A DNA stretch of 64,000 nucleotides from an uncultured Methylomirabilota bacterium. GTDB lineage: Bacteria; Methylomirabilota; Methylomirabilia; Methylomirabilales; 2-02-FULL-66-22. The DNA lies in the NCBI GenBank assembly GCA_963705305.1, contig OY970067.1, forward strand, positions 3,936,001 to 4,000,000, given 5' to 3'. The notes beneath the pieces are model-generated. The model was given only the letters and a program-made list of their open reading frames with translations. It searched no databases and was not told where the DNA came from. Of the stretch, positions 18,313-28,225 are shown piece after piece (positions within the stretch are counted from its first letter, which is position 1; each line of letters begins with the position of its first letter). The translations under genes were made by a program, and so were the position numbers.

Positions 18313-20172
18313 ATGGAAATGCAGCGCGGAAGAAAGAACGGAACCGCCTTCTACGAGCTTCGGTGCATCTCCTGCGGGAAGAAGGTTCGGGAGACGGAGA
18401 GCAGCACCCGCTGTCCGGACTGCCGGCGGCCGTTGGCCGTCCAGTATGATTACGACTACATTCGCTCCCGGCTGAATCGCTACTCTCTTCGCAACTCTCC
18501 GATCAAGGCCCTGAAATATCTCGATTTTTACCCCCTCTTGAATCTGGACCTCGTGGTGTCCATGAACGAGGGAGGGACTCCCCTGTATCGGTGCACCCGC
18601 CTGGCAGAGCGTTTGGGTCTCCGGTATCTGTACATCAAGAACGAGGGGGCCAATCCCACGGGGGTGTTCAAGGACCGTGGCAGCTTGGTCGAGCTGACCA
18701 AGGCGAAAGAGCAAGGGGCGCAGGCGGTTTGCGTGGCCTCCACGGGAAACATGGCGGCCTCCGTGGCGGCGTACGCTTCGGTGGCCGGGATTCCGTGCTA
18801 TGTGCTGGTGCCTGAGGGTACGCCGATCGGAAAGCTGGCGCAGGCGCTGTCGTATGGTGCGCGCTTGCTTCAGGTGCGGGGAACGTACAATGATGCCGCC
18901 CGCCTCACCGAAGGCATGAGCGAGCGGCACGGCTTTTACCTGGCCGGCGATTATGCGTTTCGGGTGGAGGGACAGAAATCCCAGGCCTTCGAGATCATCG
19001 AGCAGCTGGACTGGAGATCTCCGGCTGCCGTCATCGTTCCGGTGGGCTGTGGAACGAATATTGCGGCGCTCTGGAAGGGCTTCAAGGAATTCTACGAGCT
19101 GGGGCTGATCGATCGGCTGCCGCGCATGATCGGCGTTCAGGCGGATGGATGCGCACCCATCGTTTCGGCTTTCCAGCACGGCGCAGATCAGGTCGTGCCG
19201 GTGGAAAAGCCCTATACCGTCTGCTCGGCGGTGGCGGCGGGGGATCCCGTGGACGGCGCCAAGGCGCTGGCGGCGCTGCGCGAGTCCGGCGGCTGCGCCG
19301 TGGTCCTTACCGACACCGAGATCCTGGAGTCCCAGCAGCAGCTCGCGCACCTGGAGAGCGTCTTCGTAGAGCCAGCGGGGGCCATTCCGATCGCCACCCT
19401 TCCCACTCTTCTCATGTCGGGCCGAATCCGTCCCGACGAAGAGATCGTCTGCCTGGCGACGGGGAATGGGCTGAAAGACCCCAGGGCGGCACTGCGGGTC
19501 CTACCCTCACCGGCTACCATCGAGCCGACGATGGCGGAAGTGGATAAGTTTCTCAGACTCCGATTGTACGAGATCCGGGCGGCGGGAGCGCGGGACGGGA
19601 AGCGAAGCCTCTTTGCCCAGATTCCCAGCCAGCGCCAGGTAGTCGAAACCGTTCGGCAGGAGCTGGGTGTCAAGCTGACGTTGGAGATCGCCCAGCGAGT
19701 CACCGCGCTGGTGACCGATTTTGTCAAGAAAGGCAAATCTACGACCAAGGGCGACCTCCAATATATTGTCGAGAATGTTCTGAAGGCCCTGTCAGAGCAG
19801 GCTCCGATCCTGCAGGTGGAGGATTTCCGCGTGACGACCTCGCTCAAGGGGCAGGCCGAGGCGAAGGTATGGATCGTTTTCGACGGCGAGCGGGTCCAGG
19901 CCGAGGCGGCGGGCGTGGGTCCGGTGGACGCGGTTGTCGGTGCGCTGAAGCGAGCTGCCGAGGGCCGGGGGAAACTGTTTGTCGAGTTGGTGGATTTTCA
20001 GGTCGAGATTAACTCTCCGGGCACGGATGCGTCGGTCGAGACCACGATCACCATGAGGGACGGCAAGAATACCCGTGTAGTGGCCACCGGGACCTCTCCG
20101 GATGTCATCGTGGCCTCCGTGAATGCATTTGTTGAAGGATACAACGCCCTGTGGGCGCGCCAGAAATCGTGA
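18313..20172 (+). CDS. thrC: Threonine synthase (PLP) with N-terminal Zn ribbon and C-terminal LeuA/CimA-type regulatory domain
   Basis: CISCG..CPDC; EGGTPL; NPTGVFKDRG (PLP Lys); ASTGN; PVGCGTN; TGNGLKDP; C-terminal GVGPVDA...GTDASV...GTSPDVIVAS. Confidence 0.88.
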   Translation: MEMQRGRKNGTAFYELRCISCGKKVRETESSTRCPDCRRPLAVQYDYDYIRSRLNRYSLRNSPIKALKYLDFYPLLNLDLVVSMNEGGTPLYRCTRLAERLGLRYLYIKNEGANPTGVFKDRGSLVELTKAKEQGAQAVCVASTGNMAASVAAYASVAGIPCYVLVPEGTPIGKLAQALSYGARLLQVRGTYNDAARLTEGMSERHGFYLAGDYAFRVEGQKSQAFEIIEQLDWRSPAAVIVPVGCGTNIAALWKGFKEFYELGLIDRLPRMIGVQADGCAPIVSAFQHGADQVVPVEKPYTVCSAVAAGDPVDGAKALAALRESGGCAVVLTDTEILESQQQLAHLESVFVEPAGAIPIATLPTLLMSGRIRPDEEIVCLATGNGLKDPRAALRVLPSPATIEPTMAEVDKFLRLRLYEIRAAGARDGKRSLFAQIPSQRQVVETVRQELGVKLTLEIAQRVTALVTDFVKKGKSTTKGDLQYIVENVLKALSEQAPILQVEDFRVTTSLKGQAEAKVWIVFDGERVQAEAAGVGPVDAVVGALKRAAEGRGKLFVELVDFQVEINSPGTDASVETTITMRDGKNTRVVATGTSPDVIVASVNAFVEGYNALWARQKS

Positions 20173-20463
20173 TCCGGGCTTGCGATTCACCAGGGGTCAC
20201 GAGCGTGCCTGGGGAGGCGCAGGGGTAAAACGGGCCGGGAATTTAGACTCCCGGCCCGCGCATTTACGGGCCAGGTGTGCCCGCATTTTCCGGGCCGCTG
20301 CGGCACGGCAGTCTTCCTAAGAAAATGGCATGCTTTCCGCATCACGCTCATATGGGGCCTGCGGTTCCCCCGGTCTTGCAGTCGTCCTGGGCGGGAAGCC
20401 GGGAGGCGCCCGGTACGGTATGTTCGGGAGATCGGGTAGAGCTTCGGAGCGGTGCGCTGTCCA

Positions 20464-20472
20464 TGATATAAT
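20464..20472 (+). promoter_or_regulatory. Putative extended -10 promoter of ruvX-mltG operon
   Basis: TGaTATAAT, 109 bp upstream of the ruvX ATG. Confidence 0.5.
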
Positions 20473-20580
20473 AACCCGGCGGCTGGAAGGGCCGGCCGGC
20501 GGCAGGGGCAGAGGTCCGGGACGCGTGTCGGGAGGATCGGCCGCATCTGGCGGGATCCGGTTGCGGCAGTCAGGGAAGTT

Positions 20581-21018
20581 ATGGGAAAGATCTTGGCCAT
20601 CGACTGGGGACGCGCCGTCCTGGGGCTGGCGGTCAGCGACGAGCTTGGATTCAGCGCCCATGCGGTGGCCAGTCTGCCGCGATCCGGCGATGCCGAAGAT
20701 CTCCAGGCGATCGCCGCGTACGTGCGCAGCCTGGGGGTTGAGACGATCGTCGTCGGCCACCCGAAGAACATGGATGGAACGGTGGGTGCGTCGGCAGAAG
20801 CCGCGCAATCCTTCGCAGGGCTCTTGCGCGAGCGGCTGGGCCTGCCGGTGCATCTGTGGGATGAACGGCTCAGCACGCTGGCGGCGCAGCGGGCGCTGGC
20901 AAGCGCGGGGAAGCGGGGGCGCGCCCAGCGGGCGCTCGTCGACCAGGTGGCGGCGACAATCATCCTCCAGGGATACTTGGATCGTCAGCGACTGACGCGC
21001 GAGCGAGGAGAAGTCTGA
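20581..21018 (+). CDS. ruvX: RuvX/YqgF pre-16S rRNA nuclease
   Basis: ILAIDWG...GLAVSD, VVGHP.NMDG, WDERLST, VDQVAATIILQGYLD. Confidence 0.93.
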   Translation: MGKILAIDWGRAVLGLAVSDELGFSAHAVASLPRSGDAEDLQAIAAYVRSLGVETIVVGHPKNMDGTVGASAEAAQSFAGLLRERLGLPVHLWDERLSTLAAQRALASAGKRGRAQRALVDQVAATIILQGYLDRQRLTRERGEV

Positions 21019-21021
21019 CGC

Positions 21022-22050
21022 ATGCCTAGCGTTCTGTCCGAGCGCCTGCGGGGCTTCTGGCCGATTTTCCTGGCCCTCCTGCTGACCGCCGTCGGCGTCC
21101 GGACCTACCTGCAGACCGTCCCGATCCGGCCCCCCGGTGTCGATGGGACCGCCCGACGGGTTATCTATATCAAGCCCAAGACCGGCGTCCAGGAGATCGC
21201 CCGCACGCTCCGCGAGGAGGGGGTGGTCCGGAGTTCGTGGGCCTTCATGGCACTCGCCTACCTCCAGGGCTCGATGACGCGCCTCCACGCCGGGGAGTAC
21301 GAGTTCAGCGTGGGGATGCCGCTTCTGGATGTCCTGCGGAAGCTGGAAGCCGGACGGGTGATCACCCACCAGGTCACCATTCCCGAAGGGTTCACCGCCC
21401 AGGATATTGCGAACCTCCTCGCCAGCGAGCAGCTGGTGGATCCCGATCGATTCATGGCGCTGGTGCAGGACGGCCAGTTCGTGGAAAGCCTGGGCCTGCC
21501 GGGCGAGACCCTCGAGGGCTATCTCTTTCCCGACACCTATCGTCTCACGCGGGGGATGAGCGAGGAGGAGATCCTGCGCCTCATGGTCGCCCGCTTCCGC
21601 CAGGCCCTGCCGCGCGATTTCGCGGCGCGGGCGGAACGCCTGGGGCTGGACGTTCACGAGGCGGTGATCCTGGCCTCGCTGATCGAGAAAGAGGCCACAT
21701 TGAACAGCGAGCGGCCGGTCATTGCCGCGGTCTTCTATAACCGGCTGCGGCGGAACATGCCGCTGCAATCCGACCCCTCTGCGGTCTATCGCGTCTCGGG
21801 GAGCAAGCGCTACGTCACCGCGCGGGATCTCCAGCAGGAAAGCCCCTACAACACCTACCTGCACACCGGGCTGCCTCCCGGTCCTATCGCCAATCCGGGG
21901 CTGGCCTCCCTGCTGGCGGCGGCCAATCCGGCCCATACGTCCTATCTCTATTTCGTTGCCAAGAACGACGGATCGCACTATTTTTCCCACACGCTGGATG
22001 AGCATGCGCGAGCCGTCCGTCTGTACCAGGGGGCCGAGAAGGGCCGCTAG
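21022..22050 (+). CDS. mltG: Endolytic transglycosylase MltG
   Basis: TIPEG, LEGYLFPDTY, LASLIEKE, VFYNRL, LQSDP, SPYNTY..GLPPGPIANPG. Confidence 0.95.
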   Translation: MPSVLSERLRGFWPIFLALLLTAVGVRTYLQTVPIRPPGVDGTARRVIYIKPKTGVQEIARTLREEGVVRSSWAFMALAYLQGSMTRLHAGEYEFSVGMPLLDVLRKLEAGRVITHQVTIPEGFTAQDIANLLASEQLVDPDRFMALVQDGQFVESLGLPGETLEGYLFPDTYRLTRGMSEEEILRLMVARFRQALPRDFAARAERLGLDVHEAVILASLIEKEATLNSERPVIAAVFYNRLRRNMPLQSDPSAVYRVSGSKRYVTARDLQQESPYNTYLHTGLPPGPIANPGLASLLAAANPAHTSYLYFVAKNDGSHYFSHTLDEHARAVRLYQGAEKGR

Positions 22051-22133
22051 GGCGCGGGCTCGGCGGAGATCGGGAGGCGAAGTCTCTGGCCGCAATTCAC
22101 CGGACGAGGATGCTGCGAGGGGCGGAGGGTTGG

Positions 22134-22892
22134 ATGAAACGAGTGACCGGGGTCATGCTCCTGGGGTTGCTGCTGGCGGCGGTGGCCGCCTGTACCGGAC
22201 CGGAGGCCGAGCGGGACAAACAGGGGTCGGGCCAGCTCCATTACGACATCGGGGTGGGCTCGCTGGCCGAGAATAATCTGAGCAAGGCCATCGATGAGCT
22301 CCGGGCGGCGGTCCAGGCGGATCCGCGCAACGCGCGATACGACTATGCGCTGGGCAACGCGTACTTGCGAAACCAGCAGGCGGACCAGGCCATCCTGGCA
22401 TTCCGGAAGGCCGTGGAGCTGGATCCGCGCCTGTCCGACGCGTACGACGATCTTGGCGTGGCTTATATGATGCAGGAGAAGTGGGATCCTGCCATTGACG
22501 CGTTCCGGAAGGCCCTGGCGAACCCGCGCTATCTGACCCCCGACCGAACCTACATGCATCTGGGCACGCTCTACTACATCCGCAAGCAGTACGAGCTGGC
22601 GGATGAGATGTTTCGGAAGCTGCTGGATATTGCGCCGCAGTCCCCGGACGCCCATTTCTGGCTGGGGCGGACCTTCCTGGCGCAGGGCAAGTTGAAAGAG
22701 GCTCAGGACGAGCTCCAGAAAGCGATCGGGATCGACGGGATGGTCCCCATCTTCCATCTTGAATTGGGGGCGGCGCGCATGCGGGCCGGCAACGCGGCGG
22801 GAGCTCGGACGAGCTTCGAGCGCGTGATCGAGCTCAGCCCGGCGAGCGTCGAAGCGGCTCAGGCCCGGCGCTACATGCAAGAGTTGAAATAG
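22134..22892 (+). CDS. TPR lipoprotein (PilF/PilW/Tgl-like)
   Basis: Lipobox VAAC, consecutive TPR repeats, ALANPRYLTP. Confidence 0.8.
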   Translation: MKRVTGVMLLGLLLAAVAACTGPEAERDKQGSGQLHYDIGVGSLAENNLSKAIDELRAAVQADPRNARYDYALGNAYLRNQQADQAILAFRKAVELDPRLSDAYDDLGVAYMMQEKWDPAIDAFRKALANPRYLTPDRTYMHLGTLYYIRKQYELADEMFRKLLDIAPQSPDAHFWLGRTFLAQGKLKEAQDELQKAIGIDGMVPIFHLELGAARMRAGNAAGARTSFERVIELSPASVEAAQARRYMQELK

Positions 22893-22981
22893 GCGGTCCC
22901 TCCGACGCCGCCGGGGGCGCGCCTCCTGCGTGACAGGTGCTCCCCCGGTCAGATGGTGCTGAAGGGCAGGGAGAGGGCGGC

Positions 22982-23494
22982 GTGGGCAGGGACGCGGGGC
23001 GACAATCCGGATGGTCGGACCACCTCGAGCGGCTGGCACGAATCATCCCCGGCCTCGGCCGGTACCAGGACCGTGAGGGCCTCCGCGAGACCGACAAGCG
23101 GGTCCGGACGCATCTCGCCGACCGGCTCGACGACACGAGGCGCGTTCTGGGCGAGAGCCAGCGACGCGTGGCGGAGGGGCGCAATCTGGATCGCGTACCG
23201 GCCATGGAGCGGATCGGCCGCCGTCTGGGGACCCTGGCCGACCGCATCCGCTACGCCAGCTACGGCTTCGCCGGCGTCTTCGATCTGCAGAAGGTCCGGG
23301 AGACCGAGCTTCTGTCGCTGCACCGGCTCGACGTTGCGCTGGCGGACGCCGCCCCCGTCCTGCAGGAGCGTATCCGGGGACTGGCGGCGGCCGGGGAGTC
23401 TGGTTTCCCGGAGGCCCTGCTGGCAACCGAGGAGGCATTGAACCAGTTCGAGGAAAAGCTGGATCGACGCGAGCGGGCGGCAGGCCGCCTGTAA
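22982..23494 (+). CDS. Conserved-looking helical hypothetical protein, first gene of SPFH operon (start uncertain)
   Basis: IPGLGRYQDREGLRETDKRVR and ASYGFAGVFD segments; GC-typical coding, directly upstream of SPFH gene. Confidence 0.7.
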   Translation: MGRDAGRQSGWSDHLERLARIIPGLGRYQDREGLRETDKRVRTHLADRLDDTRRVLGESQRRVAEGRNLDRVPAMERIGRRLGTLADRIRYASYGFAGVFDLQKVRETELLSLHRLDVALADAAPVLQERIRGLAAAGESGFPEALLATEEALNQFEEKLDRRERAAGRL

Positions 23495-23506
23495 ACGGGA
23501 GGTCCC

Positions 23507-24652
23507 ATGAGCGTGGCCCTGGAAGTCATCGAGTGGTTGGATCCAGACGGTCGGCTGCTCGTGCACCGCTTTCCCGAGGAGGGCTCCACGGACATCAAGA
23601 TGGGGGCCCAGCTCATCGTCCGCGAGAGCCAGGCCGCCGTCTTCTTCCGCGACGGCAAGGGGCTGGACGTCTTCGGCCCTGGCCGCCACACACTGTCCAC
23701 CCTGAATCTCCCGATTCTCACCCGGCTGCTGAGCCTCCCCTGGGGTTTCACCAGCCCGTTCCGGGCCGAGGTCTACTTCGTCAACTTGCGGGTCTTCACC
23801 GAGTTGAAGTGGGGCACCCAAGAGCCGGTGGCCTTCAAAGACAAGGAGCTGGGCCTGGTCCGCCTGCGGGCCTTCGGCATCTTCACGGCGCGCGTCACCC
23901 AGCCTCTCCTGTTCGTAAATACGCTGGTCGGCACCCAGGGTGCCTACACGTCGGATCAGATAGACACCTATCTCCGGGAGGTGATCGTCTCGCGGCTGAA
24001 CGACTTCCTGGGCGAGCACATGGAGACGATCCTTCAGCTGCCGAAGCAGTACGATGAGATCGGTGCGGCGGTGAAGGCGCGGCTGCAGGACGACTTTCAC
24101 CGCTACGGGCTGGAGTTGATCGATTTCTTCATCAATGCCATTACGCCCCCTCCCAACGTCCAGCGGATGATGGACGAACGCTCCGGAATGGCCGCGGTGG
24201 GCAACCTGGACGACTTCATGAAATACAAGGCCGCCAAGGCGCTGGGAGATGCGGCGGCGGGCATCGGGAGCGGGGGGGCCGGTGCGGGCGGGGCGGGCCT
24301 GGGGATGGGGGCCGGTCTGGGATTCCTGCTGCCCGGGATGCTCTACCGAACGCTGCGACCCGAAGACGCGGACCCCCAGCGCATCCAAGAGCGCGGCACG
24401 GTCAATTGCCCCAAGTGTCATGCCGAGGTTCCATTGACGGGACGCTTCTGCCCCGCCTGCGGGAACCAGATGGTGGTGGCCAACAAGTGCCCTCGCTGTG
24501 GCGAGAACGTGACCGCCGAAGCGAAATTCTGCCCCGCCTGCGGCGTGAATTTGAAAGAGACGTTCGCCTGTCCCCACTGTCGCGCGACGCTTCCGCCCGG
24601 AACGAAGTTCTGTCCGAGCTGTGGTGAATCCGCGGTTCCACCGGCGCCGTGA
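23507..24652 (+). CDS. SPFH domain protein (YdjI-like) with C-terminal double zinc ribbons
   Basis: GAQLIVRESQAAVFF, GPGRHTL.T.N.P, KWGT..P, LRAFG; six CPxC motifs at the C-terminus. Confidence 0.9.
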   Translation: MSVALEVIEWLDPDGRLLVHRFPEEGSTDIKMGAQLIVRESQAAVFFRDGKGLDVFGPGRHTLSTLNLPILTRLLSLPWGFTSPFRAEVYFVNLRVFTELKWGTQEPVAFKDKELGLVRLRAFGIFTARVTQPLLFVNTLVGTQGAYTSDQIDTYLREVIVSRLNDFLGEHMETILQLPKQYDEIGAAVKARLQDDFHRYGLELIDFFINAITPPPNVQRMMDERSGMAAVGNLDDFMKYKAAKALGDAAAGIGSGGAGAGGAGLGMGAGLGFLLPGMLYRTLRPEDADPQRIQERGTVNCPKCHAEVPLTGRFCPACGNQMVVANKCPRCGENVTAEAKFCPACGVNLKETFACPHCRATLPPGTKFCPSCGESAVPPAP

Positions 24653-25392
24653 AGATTCCCTGCCCCCAATGCGGGGGCGAGGTCGTGCCCCAGGAGGCCG
24701 CAGGATTCGTCGTCTGCCCCTTCTGCGGCACCGGCCTGGTGCTGGACCTGACCGGCGTCCGGCGCCACTTCCTGTACCGCCCCCGCCGGGCCGTGGCGGA
24801 TGTGCTGCCCCTCCTGCGGCGCTGGTGCGATGCGCACGCGTTTCCGCGCCTCTCCTCGCTTTCTTCCCCCCGCCTCACCTATTATCCGTTCTGGCGCTAT
24901 GAAGGTCGGGGCCGCCCCAGGCTCATTCCGGGTTGGACGACGCTGGAAGGGCGGTGGACGGCAGTTGCCGCACCCGAGGCAGAGCAGGTGCTGTTCGACC
25001 CCTCGAGCGTGGGCGGGGCGCGCGTGGTGGAGGCCGATGTCGCCGAGCTCGCCGCACGCGCGCGCCTTTCGGGAACGGAGGATGCGGGGGCCGGCGACCT
25101 CGTGCACGTGCCCTTTTACGAGCTGACGTTCGCAATCGGCGACAGCCGGATGGACGCCGCCCTGGACGCTTGTTCGGGCCAGGTCTATCCTAGGCAGCTT
25201 CCGCCCAATCTCGATCCCCGGGGGGGAGGCGGCCGGGGGGGCGCTGACCTCTGGACGGGCCTGCTGGGGTTCGCCGTGATGGTGCTGGAAGCGGTGATTT
25301 TCCCCACCACGTGGAGCGCCGCCGTGGCGGTCGGGCTCACCGCATGGGCGTTGTACTGGCTGCTGGCCTGTGCCGACGCGGGAGCGGCCTGA
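24649..25392 (+). CDS. Zinc-ribbon membrane protein (YdjG-like)
   Basis: CPQCGG..CPFCG, YYPFW, HVPFY, two C-terminal TM helices; GTGA coupling. Confidence 0.72.
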   Translation: MKIPCPQCGGEVVPQEAAGFVVCPFCGTGLVLDLTGVRRHFLYRPRRAVADVLPLLRRWCDAHAFPRLSSLSSPRLTYYPFWRYEGRGRPRLIPGWTTLEGRWTAVAAPEAEQVLFDPSSVGGARVVEADVAELAARARLSGTEDAGAGDLVHVPFYELTFAIGDSRMDAALDACSGQVYPRQLPPNLDPRGGGGRGGADLWTGLLGFAVMVLEAVIFPTTWSAAVAVGLTAWALYWLLACADAGAA

Positions 25393-25465
25393 CCGCTGCC
25401 TCGGCCGCCCCCGGGCGCCGTCCGGGGGGCTTCCGTGCACACGAGGGAAAAAGGACGGGACGACC

Positions 25466-26524
25466 GTGGGGCTCAACCATCTCGGATGCCCATCCTGCGG
25501 GGGGACGCTGACCGTGGCCGAAGGCCAGCGGACGATCCGCTGCGCCTACTGTGGGGGCGAGCACCTGGTCCTCGTTCCGGGGGCGGTTCCTCGTTACGCT
25601 GTGTCCCCGGAGATCGATCGGGAAGGTGCCCGCGCCGCAGCGGAGCAGGTCCTGCGCCGGCCGGTCCTTCCCCGTGCCCTGCGACGGCGGGGGCGGATCC
25701 AGGAGGTGGCGCTGTGCTACGCCCCCTTCTACGAGTTCACCGGGACCCGCGTCGGGACCTTCCGCCTCCAGGTGGCCGAGCGGCGGCCGACGCGGGACCC
25801 GGCAGCCGATGAGCCCGACCCCGCGCAGCGGCTCCAGGAGGTACCGGCCGAGCGGACCGACACGCGGGTTATCCAGCAGGGGTATCTCCGGGTGGAGCCC
25901 GCCTGCAGCCTGCCGGAGCTGGGGACGGCTCGGATCCCGCTGGCAGAGCTGCGTCGCGGGCGCCGGCCGGTGGGCCTGGAGCCGTTCGACCTGGTGGAGC
26001 TCCAGCGCCGGGCCGTGGTCTTCGCCCCGACCCAGCCGATGACCGGCTTCGTCGAGGACTCCCAGCGGCACATCCAGGCCGCAGGGGACAAGACGCGGAT
26101 GGTCGAGGGCCAGGCCAAGGTTCTCTACTATCCCGTCTGGCAGGCCCGCTATCGCTACCAGGGCCGCCCCTACGAGATTGCCGTTGACGGGGTAAGCGGG
26201 GCGGTCCTGGCCGCCCGGGTCCCGCGGAGCATCGGGCTCGCGACGGCCCTGGCGGTGGGCATCCTGGCGGTGGGCGCCCTGTGCGTCGGCCGTCCGGCCC
26301 AGGCCTTCGCACGGCGCATGGCCATCCTGGGAGGCACAAGCGGTCGGCTTTTCGGATGGGTAGGCTGCCTGGGATGGGTGCTCCTGGGCGGAGCGGTCGT
26401 CTGCGTCGTGGCCTGGACTGCCTGGAAGGTGGCCGGGCGGGGCGGCGACCTGTTCCTGGACGAAGGGCCAGCCCCCCCTCCGTCGGACGTGACGCCAGGG
26501 GGCCGCGAGCCCGGACAGAGCTGA
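25466..26524 (+). CDS. Zinc-ribbon membrane protein (YdjG-like)
   Basis: CPSCGG..CAYCG, YAPFY, LYYPVW..RYRYQG..Y..AVDGVSG, C-terminal TM helices. Confidence 0.75.
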   Translation: MGLNHLGCPSCGGTLTVAEGQRTIRCAYCGGEHLVLVPGAVPRYAVSPEIDREGARAAAEQVLRRPVLPRALRRRGRIQEVALCYAPFYEFTGTRVGTFRLQVAERRPTRDPAADEPDPAQRLQEVPAERTDTRVIQQGYLRVEPACSLPELGTARIPLAELRRGRRPVGLEPFDLVELQRRAVVFAPTQPMTGFVEDSQRHIQAAGDKTRMVEGQAKVLYYPVWQARYRYQGRPYEIAVDGVSGAVLAARVPRSIGLATALAVGILAVGALCVGRPAQAFARRMAILGGTSGRLFGWVGCLGWVLLGGAVVCVVAWTAWKVAGRGGDLFLDEGPAPPPSDVTPGGREPGQS

Positions 26525-26525
26525 C

Positions 26526-27185
26526 ATGGACCAGCCGACGATTTTGCCTCTCCGCTGCCCGGGGTGCGGCGACCTGCTTCTCGGGCTCCAGCACGACGCG
26601 GTGTTCTGGTGCCGGGGCTGCGGCACCCCCCAGGAGGTCATCGGTACAGAGCTGGTCGGGCGGCGGGGCAGCCGGGCGCGGGCGGATGCCGAGCCGGCCG
26701 ACCGGATCGTGCACTTGCCCATATGGGCGCTTCGCGTGAGCTACACGCTCCAGTGCGAGGATCGCCAGCGTGCGGCCCTGATGCGGCAGGTTCCTCCGAT
26801 CGAGTGGGTGTACGTCACCGGCTTCATGCTGCATAATGCCTGGTACTTCGGGGATCCGGGGATGGTCTTCACCGAAAAGCGGGTGACCCTGCAACCGCCG
26901 GAAGCCGCGGACAAACCGCAGCCGGCGATCGGATGCACGCGCGGCCTAGAGGCCGCCCGGGACTACGTGGAGCCCCACCTGCTCGCCATCATCGATCGGC
27001 GGGTGGATGTCGCGGGGCTCACGCTGCAGTGGAATGTGAGCGACGCCGTCCTCTGGGCGGTGCCGTTTCACGACGAGGGGAAGATGCTACGGGACGCCAT
27101 TGTGGGCTGGCGCTTCCCGGCGGCGGCCGTGACCGGCATCGGGTCCATCCGGGGCCATGCCGGGGGCGGCGGCGATGCACGATGA
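26526..27185 (+). CDS. Zinc-ribbon hypothetical protein
   Basis: CPGCG..CRGCG, HLPIW, AVPFH; directly follows the previous gene. Confidence 0.7.
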   Translation: MDQPTILPLRCPGCGDLLLGLQHDAVFWCRGCGTPQEVIGTELVGRRGSRARADAEPADRIVHLPIWALRVSYTLQCEDRQRAALMRQVPPIEWVYVTGFMLHNAWYFGDPGMVFTEKRVTLQPPEAADKPQPAIGCTRGLEAARDYVEPHLLAIIDRRVDVAGLTLQWNVSDAVLWAVPFHDEGKMLRDAIVGWRFPAAAVTGIGSIRGHAGGGGDAR

Positions 27186-28225
27186 CGACCACGCGGGCGG
27201 ATCTGGTCGGTCTCCTGAGCTCGGAGATGGAAGAGCTCCTGGCAGAGCTGGGAAAGCCGCGCTACAAGGGGCGGCAGCTGTTCCAGTGGGTGCATGCGCG
27301 CCGGGCCGTGGCTCTCGATAGTATGACGGATCTCTCCAAGCCGCTGCGGGTCCTCCTGGCAGAGCGCGTCAGCATCGGCCGCCCCGAGCCGGTGCGGGGC
27401 CAGCGGGCCGGGGACGGCACGCGGAAATTCCTGCTTCGCCTGGCGGACGGGGAAGAGATCGAAAGCGTCCTGATCCCCGACGAGGGCCGCCTCACCGCCT
27501 GCATCTCGACCCAGGTCGGCTGCCCTCTGGCCTGCCGCTTTTGCCTCACGGGTCTCATGGGAATGCGGCGGAATCTGCGGGCGTCGGAGATCGTCGGCCA
27601 GGTTTTGTGCCTGCAGGACCAGCTGGAGGAGGGGGAGAGGATCTCGAACATCGTCCTGATGGGGATGGGAGAGCCGCTTCTGAACTTCCCCGAGGTCGAG
27701 CGCGCAATTCTGATTCTCTGCGATTCTCATGGGGCCGATTTCTCGCCGCGCCGGATCACCCTGTCCACCGCCGGGCATGTCCCCGGCATCCGGAAGCTGG
27801 CCGCGTCCAATCTGGGGGTCAACCTGGCGGTGTCGCTGAGCGCCACGACCGATGCGGTGCGCGATGCCATCATGCCGATCAACAAGCGCTGGTCCCTGGC
27901 AGAGCTGCTGGAAGCCTGTCGTGCCTATCCGATCCCCAGCCGGCGGCGCCTCACGTTCGAGTACGTCCTGCTGGATGCTGTGAACGACTCGCCCGAAGAC
28001 GCGGGGCGGCTGGTCCGGCTGCTGCACGGCATTCGCTGCAAGATCAACCTCATCCCCCTGAACGCCTCCCCCGATCTTCCCGACCGGCCCCCGCCCCCGG
28101 CGCGGGTGGCGGCCTTCCAACAGGTGCTCCTGGATAAGGGCTTCACAGCCACGGTCCGGGAGAGCCGCGGTTGGGAGATCTCCGCCGCCTGCGGTATGCT
28201 CCGCATCGACCAGGGCAAAATATGA
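27182..28225 (+). CDS. rlmN: Dual-specificity RNA methyltransferase RlmN (radical SAM)
   Basis: DGTRKFL, CISTQVGCPLACRFC, MGMGEPL, LAVSL, ISAACGML. Confidence 0.96.
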   Translation: MTTTRADLVGLLSSEMEELLAELGKPRYKGRQLFQWVHARRAVALDSMTDLSKPLRVLLAERVSIGRPEPVRGQRAGDGTRKFLLRLADGEEIESVLIPDEGRLTACISTQVGCPLACRFCLTGLMGMRRNLRASEIVGQVLCLQDQLEEGERISNIVLMGMGEPLLNFPEVERAILILCDSHGADFSPRRITLSTAGHVPGIRKLAASNLGVNLAVSLSATTDAVRDAIMPINKRWSLAELLEACRAYPIPSRRRLTFEYVLLDAVNDSPEDAGRLVRLLHGIRCKINLIPLNASPDLPDRPPPPARVAAFQQVLLDKGFTATVRESRGWEISAACGMLRIDQGKI

